64,000 nt of DNA from Macrostomum hystrix (Eukaryota; Animalia; Platyhelminthes), in assembly GCA_950097015.1 (NCBI GenBank), contig CATNEN010000011.1, forward strand, positions 2,294,001-2,358,000. The letters run 5' to 3'. The position numbers and the translations under genes are program-made. Numbering within the stretch: position 1 is the stretch's first letter; every line of letters starts with the position of its first letter. The notes below the pieces were generated by a model. The model worked only from the letters and a program-made list of their open reading frames with translations. It was not told the origin of the DNA and made no database searches. Positions 9,396 through 22,167 of the stretch are shown here, piece after piece.

Positions 9396-10130
9396 TTCCA
9401 AGAAATATCACTCATTTAAACACTCGTCTTTCCTAGAAATACCACTCTCTTGAACACTCGTCTTTCCAAGAAATATCATTCACTCGCAAACTCGTCTTTC
9501 CAAGAAATATCATTCACTCGCAAACTCGTCTTTCCAAGAAATATCATTCACTCGCAAACTCGTCTTTCCAAGAAATATCATTCACTCGCAAACTCGTCTT
9601 TCCAAGAAATATCACTCTCTTGAACACTCGTCTTTCCAAGAAATATCACTCTCTTGATCACTCGTCTTTCCAAGAAATATCACTCTCTTGATCACTCGTC
9701 TTACCAAGAAATATCACTCTCTTGAACACTCGTCTTTCCAAGAAATATCACTCTCTTGAACACTCGTCTTTCCAAAAAATATCACTCTTTTAAACAGTCG
9801 ACTTTCCAAGAAATATCACTCACTAGCAAACTCGTCTTTCCAAGAAATATCACTCGCTCTCGCACACTCGTCTTTCCCAGAAATATCACTCTCTCGAACA
9901 TTCGTTTTTCAAGAAATATCACACTTTAACACACATCTTTCCAAGAAATTTCTCTCTATCGAACATACATTTTTCCAAGAAATATCACACTTGAACACTC
10001 TTTTTCCCAGAAATATCACTCTCTCGAACATTCGCCTTTCCAAGAAATATCACTCTCAACACTCTTCTTTCCAAGAAATATCACTCTCAAACACTCTTCT
10101 TTCCAAGAAATTTCTCTCTATCTCGAACAC
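9396..10130 (+). repeat. ~32-33 bp satellite TTTCCAAGAAATATCACTCTCTTGAACACTCGTC, decaying rightwards
   Basis: About 20 visible tandem units starting immediately after the ACTACT terminus. Confidence 0.95.
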
Positions 10131-11119
10131 TCATAGTTCTACGAATCACAACTTTCGACGAAATGGGATTTCTCATTAAACTTCAGTCACAAAAAACTTA
10201 GCACATCAACATCCATTTTCTCCAAAAAGCAATTCAAATTTGAAATTTTCTGGAACCAAGGGCATAGATAATTATTTCTCAGAAAGCCGGTCACTGGAAA
10301 TCTGTTTAAACTGTCGAATCCACGCATGCGTCAGCGCCCAAAAATGGAATGTGAAAAGATATATTTTTTCGATTTTTGGTAAACGAGCAGTTTTGTAGTT
10401 CAAGTGCAGTCGAGTGGGTAATTTCGTAGATTACCTGCACAGATCCTGGTTGCTGGGCGTCTGTAAACAAATGCAGAATTTTATGTTTTTATATCAAAAA
10501 ATGGATTCCTAAAATTTAGAAATTTCCTGCTATCACCTACACTCGCGCACTTTACGATTTTTATTTAGGTTAGGCTAGAAAAGTTTAACCTGTTTTAATC
10601 AAGTTACGAGTATACTGCGATTCTAGTCTGCCGAACATGCCTGCTTGACCAACTTTTAGCTAGGTCTGCGGTTGCAACCTAGATTATTTCCTAATGTTCA
10701 GATGGTGTCTTAACGCACGAATTCCTTGCATGATCTTCAGATGTTTCAGATTTTACCTGCTAATTCCTAGCCTTATTCCTAGCCTTATTTAGATGAACGT
10801 AAATGTATAGAATGTGGCTATTGTCCCCCTGGGAATGACCCATTTATTTCAAATGTGTACTAATTATGCTACCTTAAATGATTAGTTTGTTTTTTCCTTT
10901 TGTAGCGGAAGTCAACGAAGGTAGATTTTTATATAGTATTTGTGCTTTTCTGAATCCTTTTGATTTATTTTACATTTGAACTGGTGCCAATTCGTTTCAA
11001 TCCATGATTTACTCGTAAAAAAAACAAATTTTAGGTTAAGTTAGATTTGTTTGCCGCTGGTGTCGGAAAGTTTTCTTTGATAATCTATTAGATCTGTCTT
11101 TGATTGAAGATCTGAATAA

Positions 11120-12370
11120 ATATTTGAGAATCCAGAATCTAAGAATCCCAATTCGCTGAATTCCAACTCCGAGACTCTCAAAGTCCCCATTTTAAGAATC
11201 CAAATTCTAAGAATCCAAATTCTAAGAATCTAACTTCCAAGAATCCAATTTCCAAGAATCCAATTTCCAAGAATCCAAATTCCAAGAATCCAATTTCCAA
11301 GAATCCAAATTCCAAGAATCCAAATTCCAAGAATCCAATTTCCAAGAATCCAATTTCCAAGAATCCAATTTCCAAGAATCCAAATTCCAAGAATCCAAAT
11401 TCCAAGAATCCAATTTCCAAGAATCCGAATTCTAAGAATCCAAAGTCCAAGAATACATATTCAAAAAATCCCCAATTCAAAGAATCCCAATTCAAAGAAT
11501 CCCAATTCAAAGAATCCCATTTCAAAGAATCCCAATTCAAAGAATCCCAATTCAAAGAATCCCAATTTCAAGAATCGAATTCCAAAGAATCCGAATTCTA
11601 AGAATCCAAAGTCCAAGAAAACATACTCAAAGAATCCCAATTCAAAGAATCCCAGTTCAAAGAATCCCAATTCAAAGAATCCCAATTCAAAGAATCCCAA
11701 TTCAAAGAATCCCAATTCAAAGAATCCCAATTCAAAGAATCCCAGTTCAAAGAATCCCAATTCAAAGAATCCCAGTTCAAAGAATCCCAATTCAAAGAAT
11801 CCAAGTTCAAAGAATCCCAATTCAAAGAATCCCAATTCAAAGAATCCAAGTTCAAAGAATCCCAATTCAAAGAATCCCAATTCAAAGAATCCAAGTTCAA
11901 AGAATCCCAATTCAAAGAATCCCAATTCAAAGAATCCAAGTTCAAAGAATCCCAATTCAAAGAATCCCAATTCAAAGAATCCCAATTCAAAGAATCCCAA
12001 TTCAAAGAATCCAAGTTCAAAGAATCCCAATTCAAAGAATCCCAATTCAAAGAATCCCAATTCAAAGAATCCCAATTCAAAGAATCCCAATTCAAAGAAT
12101 CCCAATTCAAAGAATTCCAATTCAAAGAATCCCAATTCAAAGAATCCAAATTCTTAGAATCCCAATTCAAAGAATCCCAATTCTTAGAATCCCAATTCTT
12201 AGAATCCCAATTCTTAGAATCCCAATTCTTAGAATCCCAATTCTAAGAATCCCAATTCAAATAATCCCAATTCTAAGAACCCCAATTCTTAGAATCCAAA
12301 TTCTTAGAATCCCAAATTCTTAAAATTCTTATTCTAAGAATCCCGATTCTAAGCAACCCAATAGAAGAAT
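11120..12370. repeat. 15-bp minisatellite AAGAATCCCAATTC(A/T)
   Basis: Directly visible; source of the ELGFF/NWDSL ORFs. Confidence 0.97.
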
Positions 12371-12859
12371 CAATATTTTAAGAACTCAGATTCTAATAGT
12401 CACAGTTTTTTATCCTTCAAATTCAGTAATCTGAATGGCAGTTTCAGTTAATTGGCTTTCCTTGCTTTTATCCGTATTAAAATACAATACGTCACAAAAA
12501 CGTCTCCTAGATGTGGTTTTATCTCTTATCGAACGAGACACATAAAGTGTGAATAAAGTTCTGTTGTTAAGCTTTAGTTCGTGACTTTTTGTGAATTTGA
12601 AATACGTGTATCAAATGAGTCCACTGATCTATTGATTTTCAAACCACTGTTGGTAGAAGTTCCGTGCAACAGCTGTGCAACTTCTTAAAGTCGTGATAAA
12701 CTAGAATTTCAAAATAGCTTGGTTGAAGCAATCTTTCAAACATTCATTTTTTCGAAATCCCTAAAAAATCCTTTCTTTTAAATCTCGATTCTTCAAAATC
12801 CTAATTTTCCTAAAACCCAGAAGTTGAGCTAACTGAAGCACATTTCTAAGAATCCTTAA

Positions 12860-13444
<585 letters not shown>

Positions 13445-13559
13445 TAGCGCGTCTTATGGCTGGATTAGATAGCGAAAAGGTGGGGATATCTCTTCGAGAA
13501 ACAAAAATAAATTCCCCTCACGGGATAAGTTAGGATTCCTTTTATGGGATGAGGTGGAA

Positions 13560-16500
13560 ATTCTCTGCAAGTATCCATGTAGGATAGGATTTCTCTTTCT
13601 AGGTGGGATGGGATTTCTCTTCCTAGGTGGGATGGGATTTCTCTTTCTAGGTGGGATGGGATTTCTCTTTCTAGGTGGGATGGGATTTCTCTTTCTAGGT
13701 GGGATGGGATTTCTCTTTCTAGGTGGGATGGGATTTCTCTTTCTAGGTGGGATGGGATTTCTCTTTCTAGGTGGGATGGGATTTCTCTGTCTAGGTGGGA
13801 TGGGATTTCTCTTTCTAGGTGGGATGAGATTTCTCTTTCTAGGTGGGATGGGATTTCTCTTTCTAGGTGGGATGGGATTTCTCTTTCTAGGTGGGATGGG
13901 ATTTCTCTTTCTAGGTGGGATGGGATTTCTCTTTCTAGGTGGGATGAGATTTCTCTGTCTAGGTGGGATGGGATTTCTCTTTCTAGGTGGGATGAGATTT
14001 CTCTGTCTAGGTGGGATGGGATTTCTCTTTCTAGGTGGGATGAGATTTTTCTGTCTAGGTGGGATGGGATTTCTCTTTCTAGGTGGGATGGGATTTCTCT
14101 GTCTAGGTGGGATGGGATTTCTCTTTCTAGGTGGGATGGGATTTCTCTTTCTAGGTGGGATGGGATTTCTCTGTCTAGGTGGGATGGGATTTCTCTTTCT
14201 AGGTGGGATGGGATTTCTCTTTCTAGGTGGGATGGGATTTCTCTTTCTAGGTGGGATGAGATTTCTCTGTCTAGGTGGGATGGGATTTCTCTTTCTAGGT
14301 GGGATGAGATTTCTCTGTCTAGATGGGATGGGATTTCTCTGTCTAGGTGGGATGGGATTTCTCTTTCTAGGTGGGATGAGATTTCTCTGTCTAGGTGGGA
14401 TGAGATTTCTCTGTCTAGGTGGGATGGGATTTCTCTTTCTAGGTGGGATGGGATTTCTCTTTCTAGGTGGGATGGGATTTCTCTTTCTAGGTGGGATGAG
14501 ATTTCTCTGTCTAGGTGGGATGGGATTTCTCTTTCTAGGTGGGATGAGATTTCTCTGTCTAGGTGGGATGAGATTTCTCTGTCTAGGTGGGATGAGATTT
14601 CTCTGTCTAGGTGGGATGGGATTTCTCTTTCTAGGTGGGATGAGATTTCTCTGTCTAGGTGGGATGGGATTTCTCTTTCTAGGTGGGATGAGATTTCTCT
14701 GTCTAGGTGGGATGGGATTTCTCTTTCTAGGTGGGATGAGATTTCTCTGTCTAGGTGGGATGGGATTTCTCTTTCTAGGTGGGATGAGATTTCTCTGTCT
14801 AGGTGGGATGGGATTTCTCTTTCTAGGTGGGATGGGATTTCTCTGTCTAGGTGGGATGGGATTTCTCTTTCTAGGTGGGATGAGATTTCTCTGTCTAGGT
14901 GGGATGGGATTTCTCTGTCTAGGTGGGATGGGATTTCTCTTTCTAGGTGGGCTGAGATTTCTCTGTCTAGGTGGGATGGGATTTCTCTTTCTAGGTGGGA
15001 TGGGATTTCTCTTTCTAGGTGGGATGGGATTTCTCTTTCTAGGTGGGATGGGATTTGTCTGTCTAGATGGGATGGGATTTGTCTGTCTAGGTGGGATGGA
15101 ATTTCTCTTTCTAGGTGGGATGGGATTTGTCTGTCTAGATGGGATGGGATTTCTCTGTCTAGGTGGGATGGGATTTCTCTTTCTAGGTGGGATGGGATTT
15201 CTCTTTCTAGATGGGATGGGATTTGTCTGTCTAGATGGGATGGGATTTCTCTGTCTAGGTGGGATGGGATTTCTCTTTCTAGGTGGGATGGGATTTCTCT
15301 TTCTAGGTGGGATGGGATTTGTCTGTCTAGATGGGATGGGATTTGTCTGTCTAGGTGGGATGGAATTTCTCTTTCTAGGTGGGATGGGATTTGTCTGTCT
15401 AGATGGGATGGGATTTCTCTGTCTAGGTGGGATGGGATTTCTCTTTCTAGGTGGGATGAGATTTCTCTTTCTAGGTGGGATGGGATTTCTCTGTCTAGGT
15501 GGGATGGGATTTCTCTTTCTAGGTGGGATGAGATTTCTCTGTCTAGGTGGGATGAGATTTCTCTGTCTAGGTGGGATGGGATTTCTCTTTCTAGGTGGGA
15601 TGAGATTTCTCTGTCTAGGTGGGATGGGATTTCTCTTTCTAGGTGGGATGAGATTTCTCTGTCTAGGTGGGATGGGATTTCTCTTTCTAGGTGGGATGAG
15701 ATTTCTCTGTCTAGGTGGGATGGGATTTCTCTGTCTAGGTGGGATGGGATTTCTCTTTCTAGGTGGGATGAGATTTCTCTGTCTAGGTGGGATGGGATTT
15801 CTCTTTCTAGGTGGGATGGGATTTCTCTTTCTAGGTAGGATAGGATTTCTCTGTCTAGATGGGATGGGATTTCTCTGTCTAGGTGGGATGGGATTTCTCT
15901 TTCTAGGTGGGATGGGATTTCTCTTTCTAGGTGGGATGGGATTTCTCTGTCTAGATGGGATGGGATTTCTCTTTCTAGGTGGGATGGGATTTCTCTTTCT
16001 AGGTGGGATGGGATTTGTCTGTCTAGGTGGGATGAGATTTCTCTGTCTAGGTGGGATGGGATTTCTCTTTCTAGGTGGGATGGGATTTCTCTTTCTAGGT
16101 GGGATGGGATTTCTCTGTCTAGGTGGGATGGGATTTCTCTTTCTAGGTGGGATGGGATTTCTCTTTCTAGGTGGGATGGGATTTCTCTTTCTAGGTGGGA
16201 TGAGATTTCTCTGTCTAGGTGGGATGGGATTTCTCTTTCTAGGTGGGATGAGATTTCTCTGTCTAGATGGGATGGGATTTCTCTGTCTAGGTGGGATGAG
16301 ATTTCTCTTTCTAGGTGGGATGAGATTTCTCTGTCTAGGTGGGATGAGATTTCTCTGTCTAGGTGGGATGGGATTTCTCTTTCTAGGTGGGATGGGATTT
16401 CTCTTTCTAGGTGGGATGGGATTTCTCTTTCTAGGTGGGATGAGATTTCTCTGTCTAGGTGGGATGGGATTTCTCTTTCTAGGTGGGATGAGATTTCTCT

Positions 16501-18720
16501 GTCTAGGTGGGATGAGATTTCTCTGTCTAGGTGGGATGAGATTTCTCTGTCTAGGTGGGATGGGATTTCTCTTTCTAGGTGGGATGAGATTTCTCTGTCT
16601 AGGTGGGATGGGATTTCTCTTTCTAGGTGGGATGAGATTTCTCTGTCTAGGTGGGATGGGATTTCTCTTTCTAGGTGGGATGAGATTTCTCTGTCTAGGT
16701 GGGATGGGATTTCTCTTTCTAGGTGGGATGAGATTTCTCTGTCTAGGTGGGATGGGATTTCTCTTTCTAGGTGGGATGGGATTTCTCTGTCTAGGTGGGA
16801 TGGGATTTCTCTTTCTAGGTGGGATGAGATTTCTCTGTCTAGGTGGGATGGGATTTCTCTGTCTAGGTGGGATGGGATTTCTCTTTCTAGGTGGGATGAG
16901 ATTTCTCTGTCTAGGTGGGATGGGATTTCTCTTTCTAGGTGGGATGAGATTTCTCTTTCTAGGTGGGATGGGATTTCTCTTTCTAGGTGGGATGGGATTT
17001 GTCTGTCTAGATGGGATGGGATTTGTCTGTCTAGGTGGGATGGAATTTCTCTTTCTAGGTGGGATGGGATTTGTCTGTCTAGATGGGATGGGATTTCTCT
17101 GTCTAGGTGGGATGGGATTTCTCTTTCTAGGTGGGATGGGATTTCTCTTTCTAGATGGGATGGGATTTGTCTGTCTAGATGGGATGGGATTTCTCTGTCT
17201 AGGTGGGATGGGATTTCTCTTTCTAGGTGGGATGGGATTTCTCTTTCTAGGTGGGATGGGATTTGTCTGTCTAGATGGGATGGGATTTGTCTGTCTAGGT
17301 GGGATGGAATTTCTCTTTCTAGGTGGGATGGGATTTGTCTGTCTAGATGGGATGGGATTTCTCTGTCTAGGTGGGATGGGATTTCTCTTTCTAGGTGGGA
17401 TGAGATTTCTCTTTCTTGGTGGGATGGGATTTCTCTGTCTAGGTGGGATGGGATTTCTCTTTCTAGGTGGGATGAGATTTCTCTGTCTAGGTGGGATGAG
17501 ATTTCTCTGTCTAGGTGGGATGGGATTTCTCTTTCTAGGTGGGATGAGATTTCTCTGTCTAGGTGGGATGGGATTTCTCTTTCTAGGTGGGATGAGATTT
17601 CTCTGTCTAGGTGGGATGGGATTTCTCTTTCTAGGTGGGATGAGATTTCTCTGTCTAGGTGGGATGGGATTTCTCTGTCTAGGTGGGATGGGATTTCTCT
17701 TTCTAGGTGGGATGAGATTTCTCTGTCTAGGTGGGATGGGATTTCTCTTTCTAGGTGGGATGGGATTTCTCTTTCTAGGTAGGATAGGATTTCTCTGTCT
17801 AGATGCGATGGGATTTCTCTTTCTAGGTGGGATGGGATTTCTCTTTCTAGGTGGGATGGGATTTCTCTTTCTAGGTGGGATGGGATTTCTCTGTCTAGAT
17901 GGGATGGGATTTCTCTTTCTAGGTGGGATGGGATTTCTCTTTCTAGGTGGGATGGGATTTGTCTGTCTAGGTGGGATGAGATTTCTCTGTCTAGGTGGGA
18001 TGGGATTTCTCTTTCTAGGTGGGATGGGATTTCTCTTTCTAGGTGGGATGGGATTTCTCTGTCTAGGTGGGATGGGATTTCTCTTTCTAGGTGGGATGAG
18101 ATTTCTCTGTCTAGGTGGGATGGGATTTCTCTGTCTAGATGGGATGGGATTTCTCTTTCTAGGTGGGATGGGATTTCTCTTTCTAGATGGGATGAGATTT
18201 CTCTTTCTAGGTGGGATGGGATTTGTCTGTCTAGGTGGGATGGGATTTCTCTGTCTAGATGGGATGGGATTTCTCTTTCTAGGTGGGATGGGATTTCTCT
18301 TTCTAGATGGGATGGGATTTCTTTTTCTAGATGGGATGGGATTTCTCTTTCTAGGTGGGATGGGATTTCTCTGTCTAGGTGGGATGGGATTTCTCTTTCT
18401 AGGTGGGATGGGATTTCTCTGTCTAGATGGGATGGGATTTCTCTTTCTAGGTGGGATGGGATTTGTCTGTCTAAATGGGATGGGATTTCTCTTTCTAGGT
18501 GGGATGGGATTTGTCTGTCTAGGTGGGATGGAATTTCTCTTTCTAGGTGGGATGGGATTTGTCTGTCTAGATGGGATGGGATTTCTCTTTCTAGGTGGGA
18601 TGGGATTTCTCAATCAAGGAAGGATGGGATTTTACCATCCAGGTAAGACGCGATTTGACTTTGCAGTTAGAATGGGATTTCTCTATCCAGGTGAGATGGG
18701 ATTTTTTAAACTACTAAATG
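13560..18720 (+). repeat. 24-bp minisatellite GTGGGATGGGATTTCTCTTTCTAG (~210 units) filling the TMEM184 last intron
   Basis: Directly visible; source of the 1719-aa and 1726-aa ORFs. Confidence 0.98.
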
Positions 18721-18831
18721 AACTCTGCAACTAAAAGGTGGGCATATTTTAATCGGATTAAAAGTACATTCTCTGAGCATGCTACCGCATACCTCATAAT
18801 AAATTATGACTTCTGCGAAAAATCCATACAG

Positions 18832-19152
18832 CAAAACACAGGTCGGGCAGCTGCCAAAGACGAACTAGACGATTTGCCGCCTCCATCGGCTCCGCCGCAA
18901 GACAGCTTCAAAGAGTACAAAGACCTCGACGATGATAATGAGGCTGCTATTAGAAAAGAATACAAAGACAATGACGCTAAAGCTGCTTCTCCTAGTGGCA
19001 AAGCTAGACAGGCCGCCTACGATGATGGTTCGAATCCGGCCGCGGTTGGCGCGTCCTCGGCGAGGTCCTACGGCTCAGCTGACAACGGCGGGCTTCCAGT
19101 TCCTTCCAGAGGTTCGGGCACGTCGGAGAAGGCTCAACTTTTGGACGATTAA
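18832..19152 (+). CDS. TMEM184: TMEM184 terminal coding exon (disordered acidic tail ending ...EKAQLLDD*)
   Basis: CAG acceptor at 18829-31 gives phase 0, matching the upstream donor. GC-rich coding-like sequence. AATAAA follows the stop. The acceptor context is weak. Confidence 0.7.
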   Translation, partial: QNTGRAAAKDELDDLPPPSAPPQDSFKEYKDLDDDNEAAIRKEYKDNDAKAASPSGKARQAAYDDGSNPAAVGASSARSYGSADNGGLPVPSRGSGTSEKAQLLDD

Positions 19153-19289
19153 ATCATGAAGATTGTTGACATTATTCAACTTGGAATGGATGGGATTAGT
19201 ACTGTACTGGTGTTGTTGCTGTTGTTGGGTATTTAACTGTCGTGCAGTTGTTCATTTATGATTACATGTACGGTTTCTGCGTTGCGTCT

Positions 19290-19295
19290 AATAAA
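19290..19295 (+). terminator. Putative poly(A) signal of TMEM184
   Basis: AATAAA ~140 nt after the stop, followed by T-rich sequence. Confidence 0.5.
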
Positions 19296-19354
19296 ACTAG
19301 TTTTTCGTTATTTCTTGCCTCGATTTCGATGTACTTTCAGTCAGACTAATCTTT

Positions 19355-20020
19355 GTTAATCTAATCACTTTATCAATCTAATCACTTTATCAATCTAATC
19401 TTTTTATCAATCTCATATCTTTATCAATCTAATCACTTTATCAATCTAATCACTTTATCAATCTAATCTTTTTATCAATCTCATATCTTTATCAATCTAA
19501 TCACTTTATCAATCTAATCACTTTATCAATCTAATCATTTTGTCAATCTCATATCTTTATCATTATAATCTCTTTATCAATCTAACCTATTTATCAATCT
19601 TATCAATTTATCAATCTTATCTCTTTGTCTATGTTATCTCTTTGTATATCTCATTGTTTTCTTAGTCTTATCTCCTTATCAATCTTATATTTTTATCAAT
19701 CTCGTTGCTTTTTCAATCTGATCTCTCTATCAATCTCATCTCTTTATCAATCCAATCTCTCTATCAATCTCATCTCTTTATCAATCCAATCTCTTTATCA
19801 ATCTCACATTTTTATAAATCTAATCTCTTTATCAATCTCATCTATGTATCAATCTCATCTTTTTTTCTATGTTATCTCTTTGTCTATCTCCTTGCTAATT
19901 CCTAGTCTTGTCTCCTTATCAATCTTATCGTTTTATCAATCCCGTCGCTTTTTCAATCTCATCTCTTTGTCAATCTTATCTCTTTCTAATCAAACTTCAT
20001 TATCAATCTCATCTCCCATT
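19355..20020. repeat. Degenerate ~16-bp repeat TTTATCAATCT(A/C)ATC
   Basis: Directly visible. Confidence 0.9.
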
Positions 20021-20789
20021 CTGTAATCGTGTCACTTCTAGTCACAATTGAGAGCTTGTTCTGTTAATTTTTTGTCTTCTAAAATCGTCTGCATGCAGCA
20101 TAAACAAAATTAGTTTTCTCAGCTAGTTTTCTCACTTTTACTTAATCACATCAGTGACGTCATGGGTTCAATCTACTGTTTACTTAAGTTTGCTTTTAAC
20201 TACAACATTATTAAGGCACCATGTTTCATGAGCATGTAGAAACTTGGACATATCGCTGTTGTTATCTCTTTTAAACGCGTGCCTTTTTGTTTTATTGCTC
20301 GTCTATTCTTTTTTTGTTTAAAACAAATTGAAATCCACATAGTTTTATTTTTCTACGTAGTCTTCCGTTTGCATTAGCTTTTTCTAGTTTTTATTCGTTC
20401 AACTTTTTCTTATGTCTACTCACAGTCCATTTGTTCTTGTTTTGTTAACTAAATTCAGTCTTTTGTAGGAAGTAAAGCGAAAAAAACGGATGCGGCTATA
20501 TTGTGTAAATGTAAATTATTTACAATAGTCCTTTGTCTTCCTTAGCAGTTGTGGTGTGGGGATGCGAAAGTTGTTTTAAAAGCGTGTTTTTTTAGTTTTT
20601 TCCAGCATGTCATTAGGTGGTAAATCATTGTCTCAAACTGTTATGGACAAGTATACATGTTGGCTGCGTGTTGTGTGTATCTGAAATTTGCTTTACCCAT
20701 TAACATTTTAAAAGCCTTAAACAGTTGCCTTATTTGATCGGAATTCAACTTTTCTCAGCCTAAACACAAACTAGGCGAACTACGATTCT

Positions 20790-21945
20790 TAATGCGATTC
20801 CTCCTTCAGTTCCTGTTGGTATTCCTTGCTAGTGCTTCGATTCCTGCTTCGATAACTGCTACATTACATGCTTTCGTTCCTGCTATTTCTGCTGCGATTC
20901 CTTCTTTAGCTCCTGCTGCGATTCCTTCTTTAGTTCCTCCTGCGATTCCTTCCTTAGTTCCTGTTGTGATTTCTTCTTTAGCTCCTGCTGCGGTTCCTTC
21001 TTTAGTTCCTCCTGCGATTCCTTCCTTAGTTCCTGCTGTGATTTCTTCTTTAGCTCCTGCTGCGATTCCTTCTTTAGCTCCTGCTGCGATTCCTTCTTTA
21101 GCTCCTGCTGCGGTTCCTTCTTTAGCTCCTGCTGCGATTCCTTCTTTAGTTCCTCCTGCGATTCCTTCCTTAGTTCCTGCTGCGATTCCTTCTTTAGCTC
21201 CTGCTGCGATTCCTTCTTTAGCTCCTGCTGCGATTCCTTCTTTAGCTCCTGCAGCGATTCCTTCTTTAGCTCCTGCTGCGATTCCTTCTTTAGCTCCTGC
21301 TGCGATTCCTTCTTTAGCTCCTGCTGCGATTCCTTCTTTAGCTCCTGCTGCGGTTCCTTCTTTAGCTCCTGCTGCGATTCCTTCTTTAGCTCCTGCTGCG
21401 ATTCCTTCTTTAGTTCCTCCTGCGATTCCTTCCTTAGTTCCTGCTGTGATTTCTTCTTTAGCTCCTGCTGCGGTTCCTTCTTTAGCTCCTGCTGCGATTC
21501 CTTCTTTAGCTCCTGCTGCGATTCCTTCTTTAGCTCCTGCTGCGATTCCTTCTTTAGCTCCTGCTGCGATTCCTTCTTTAGCTCCTGCTGCGATTCCTTC
21601 TTTAGCTCCTGCTGCGATTCCTTCTTTAGCTCCTGCTGCGATTCCTTATTTAGCTCCTGCAGCGGTTCCTTCCTTAGTTCCTGCTGCGATTCCGTCTTTA
21701 GTTCCTGCTGCGATTCCTTCTTTAGTTCCTGCTTCGATTTCTTCTTTAGTTCCTGCTGCGATTCCTTTCTTAGTTCCTGCTGCGAGTCCTTTCTTAGTTC
21801 CTGCTTCGATTCCTTTCTTAGTTCCTGCTGCGATTCCGTCTTTAGTTCCTGCTGCGATTCCTTCCTTAGTTCCTGCTGCGATTCCGTCTTTAGTTCCTGC
21901 TGCGATTCCTTCTTTAGTTCCTTCTGCGATTCCTTCCTTAGTTCC
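20790..21945. repeat. 24-bp minisatellite GCTGCGATTCCTTCTTTAGCTCCT
   Basis: Directly visible; gives the AAIPSLAP / GTKEGIAA ORFs. Confidence 0.95.
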
Positions 21946-22167
21946 TAATGAATGGCGAAATGCATACTGGAAAGGAGCTCTCTTCTGATTGGTCAATAGG
22001 CTTCTAGAAACTTTGCGACCAATGAAAATGATTGCCACTAAGCGAACTGTTGTTCCTAAGAAATTTCGACCAGAACTGAATGCTATAAAGATTGCGACAT
22101 GCTGAAGTGGTCCATTTAAAATTCAGTAGAGCCTCTCAAAATCATACTTACATCGCCAGTCATAACC

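Noticed and set aside
10200-11100. Upstream TMEM184 exons
   Set aside because: No frame gave the expected FLRFCKQATLQF/KP-type sequence with proper splice sites; they probably lie left of the window.
13454-18734. 1719-aa and 1726-aa ORFs
   Set aside because: Antisense and sense readings of the intronic 24-bp array; there is no unique coding sequence.
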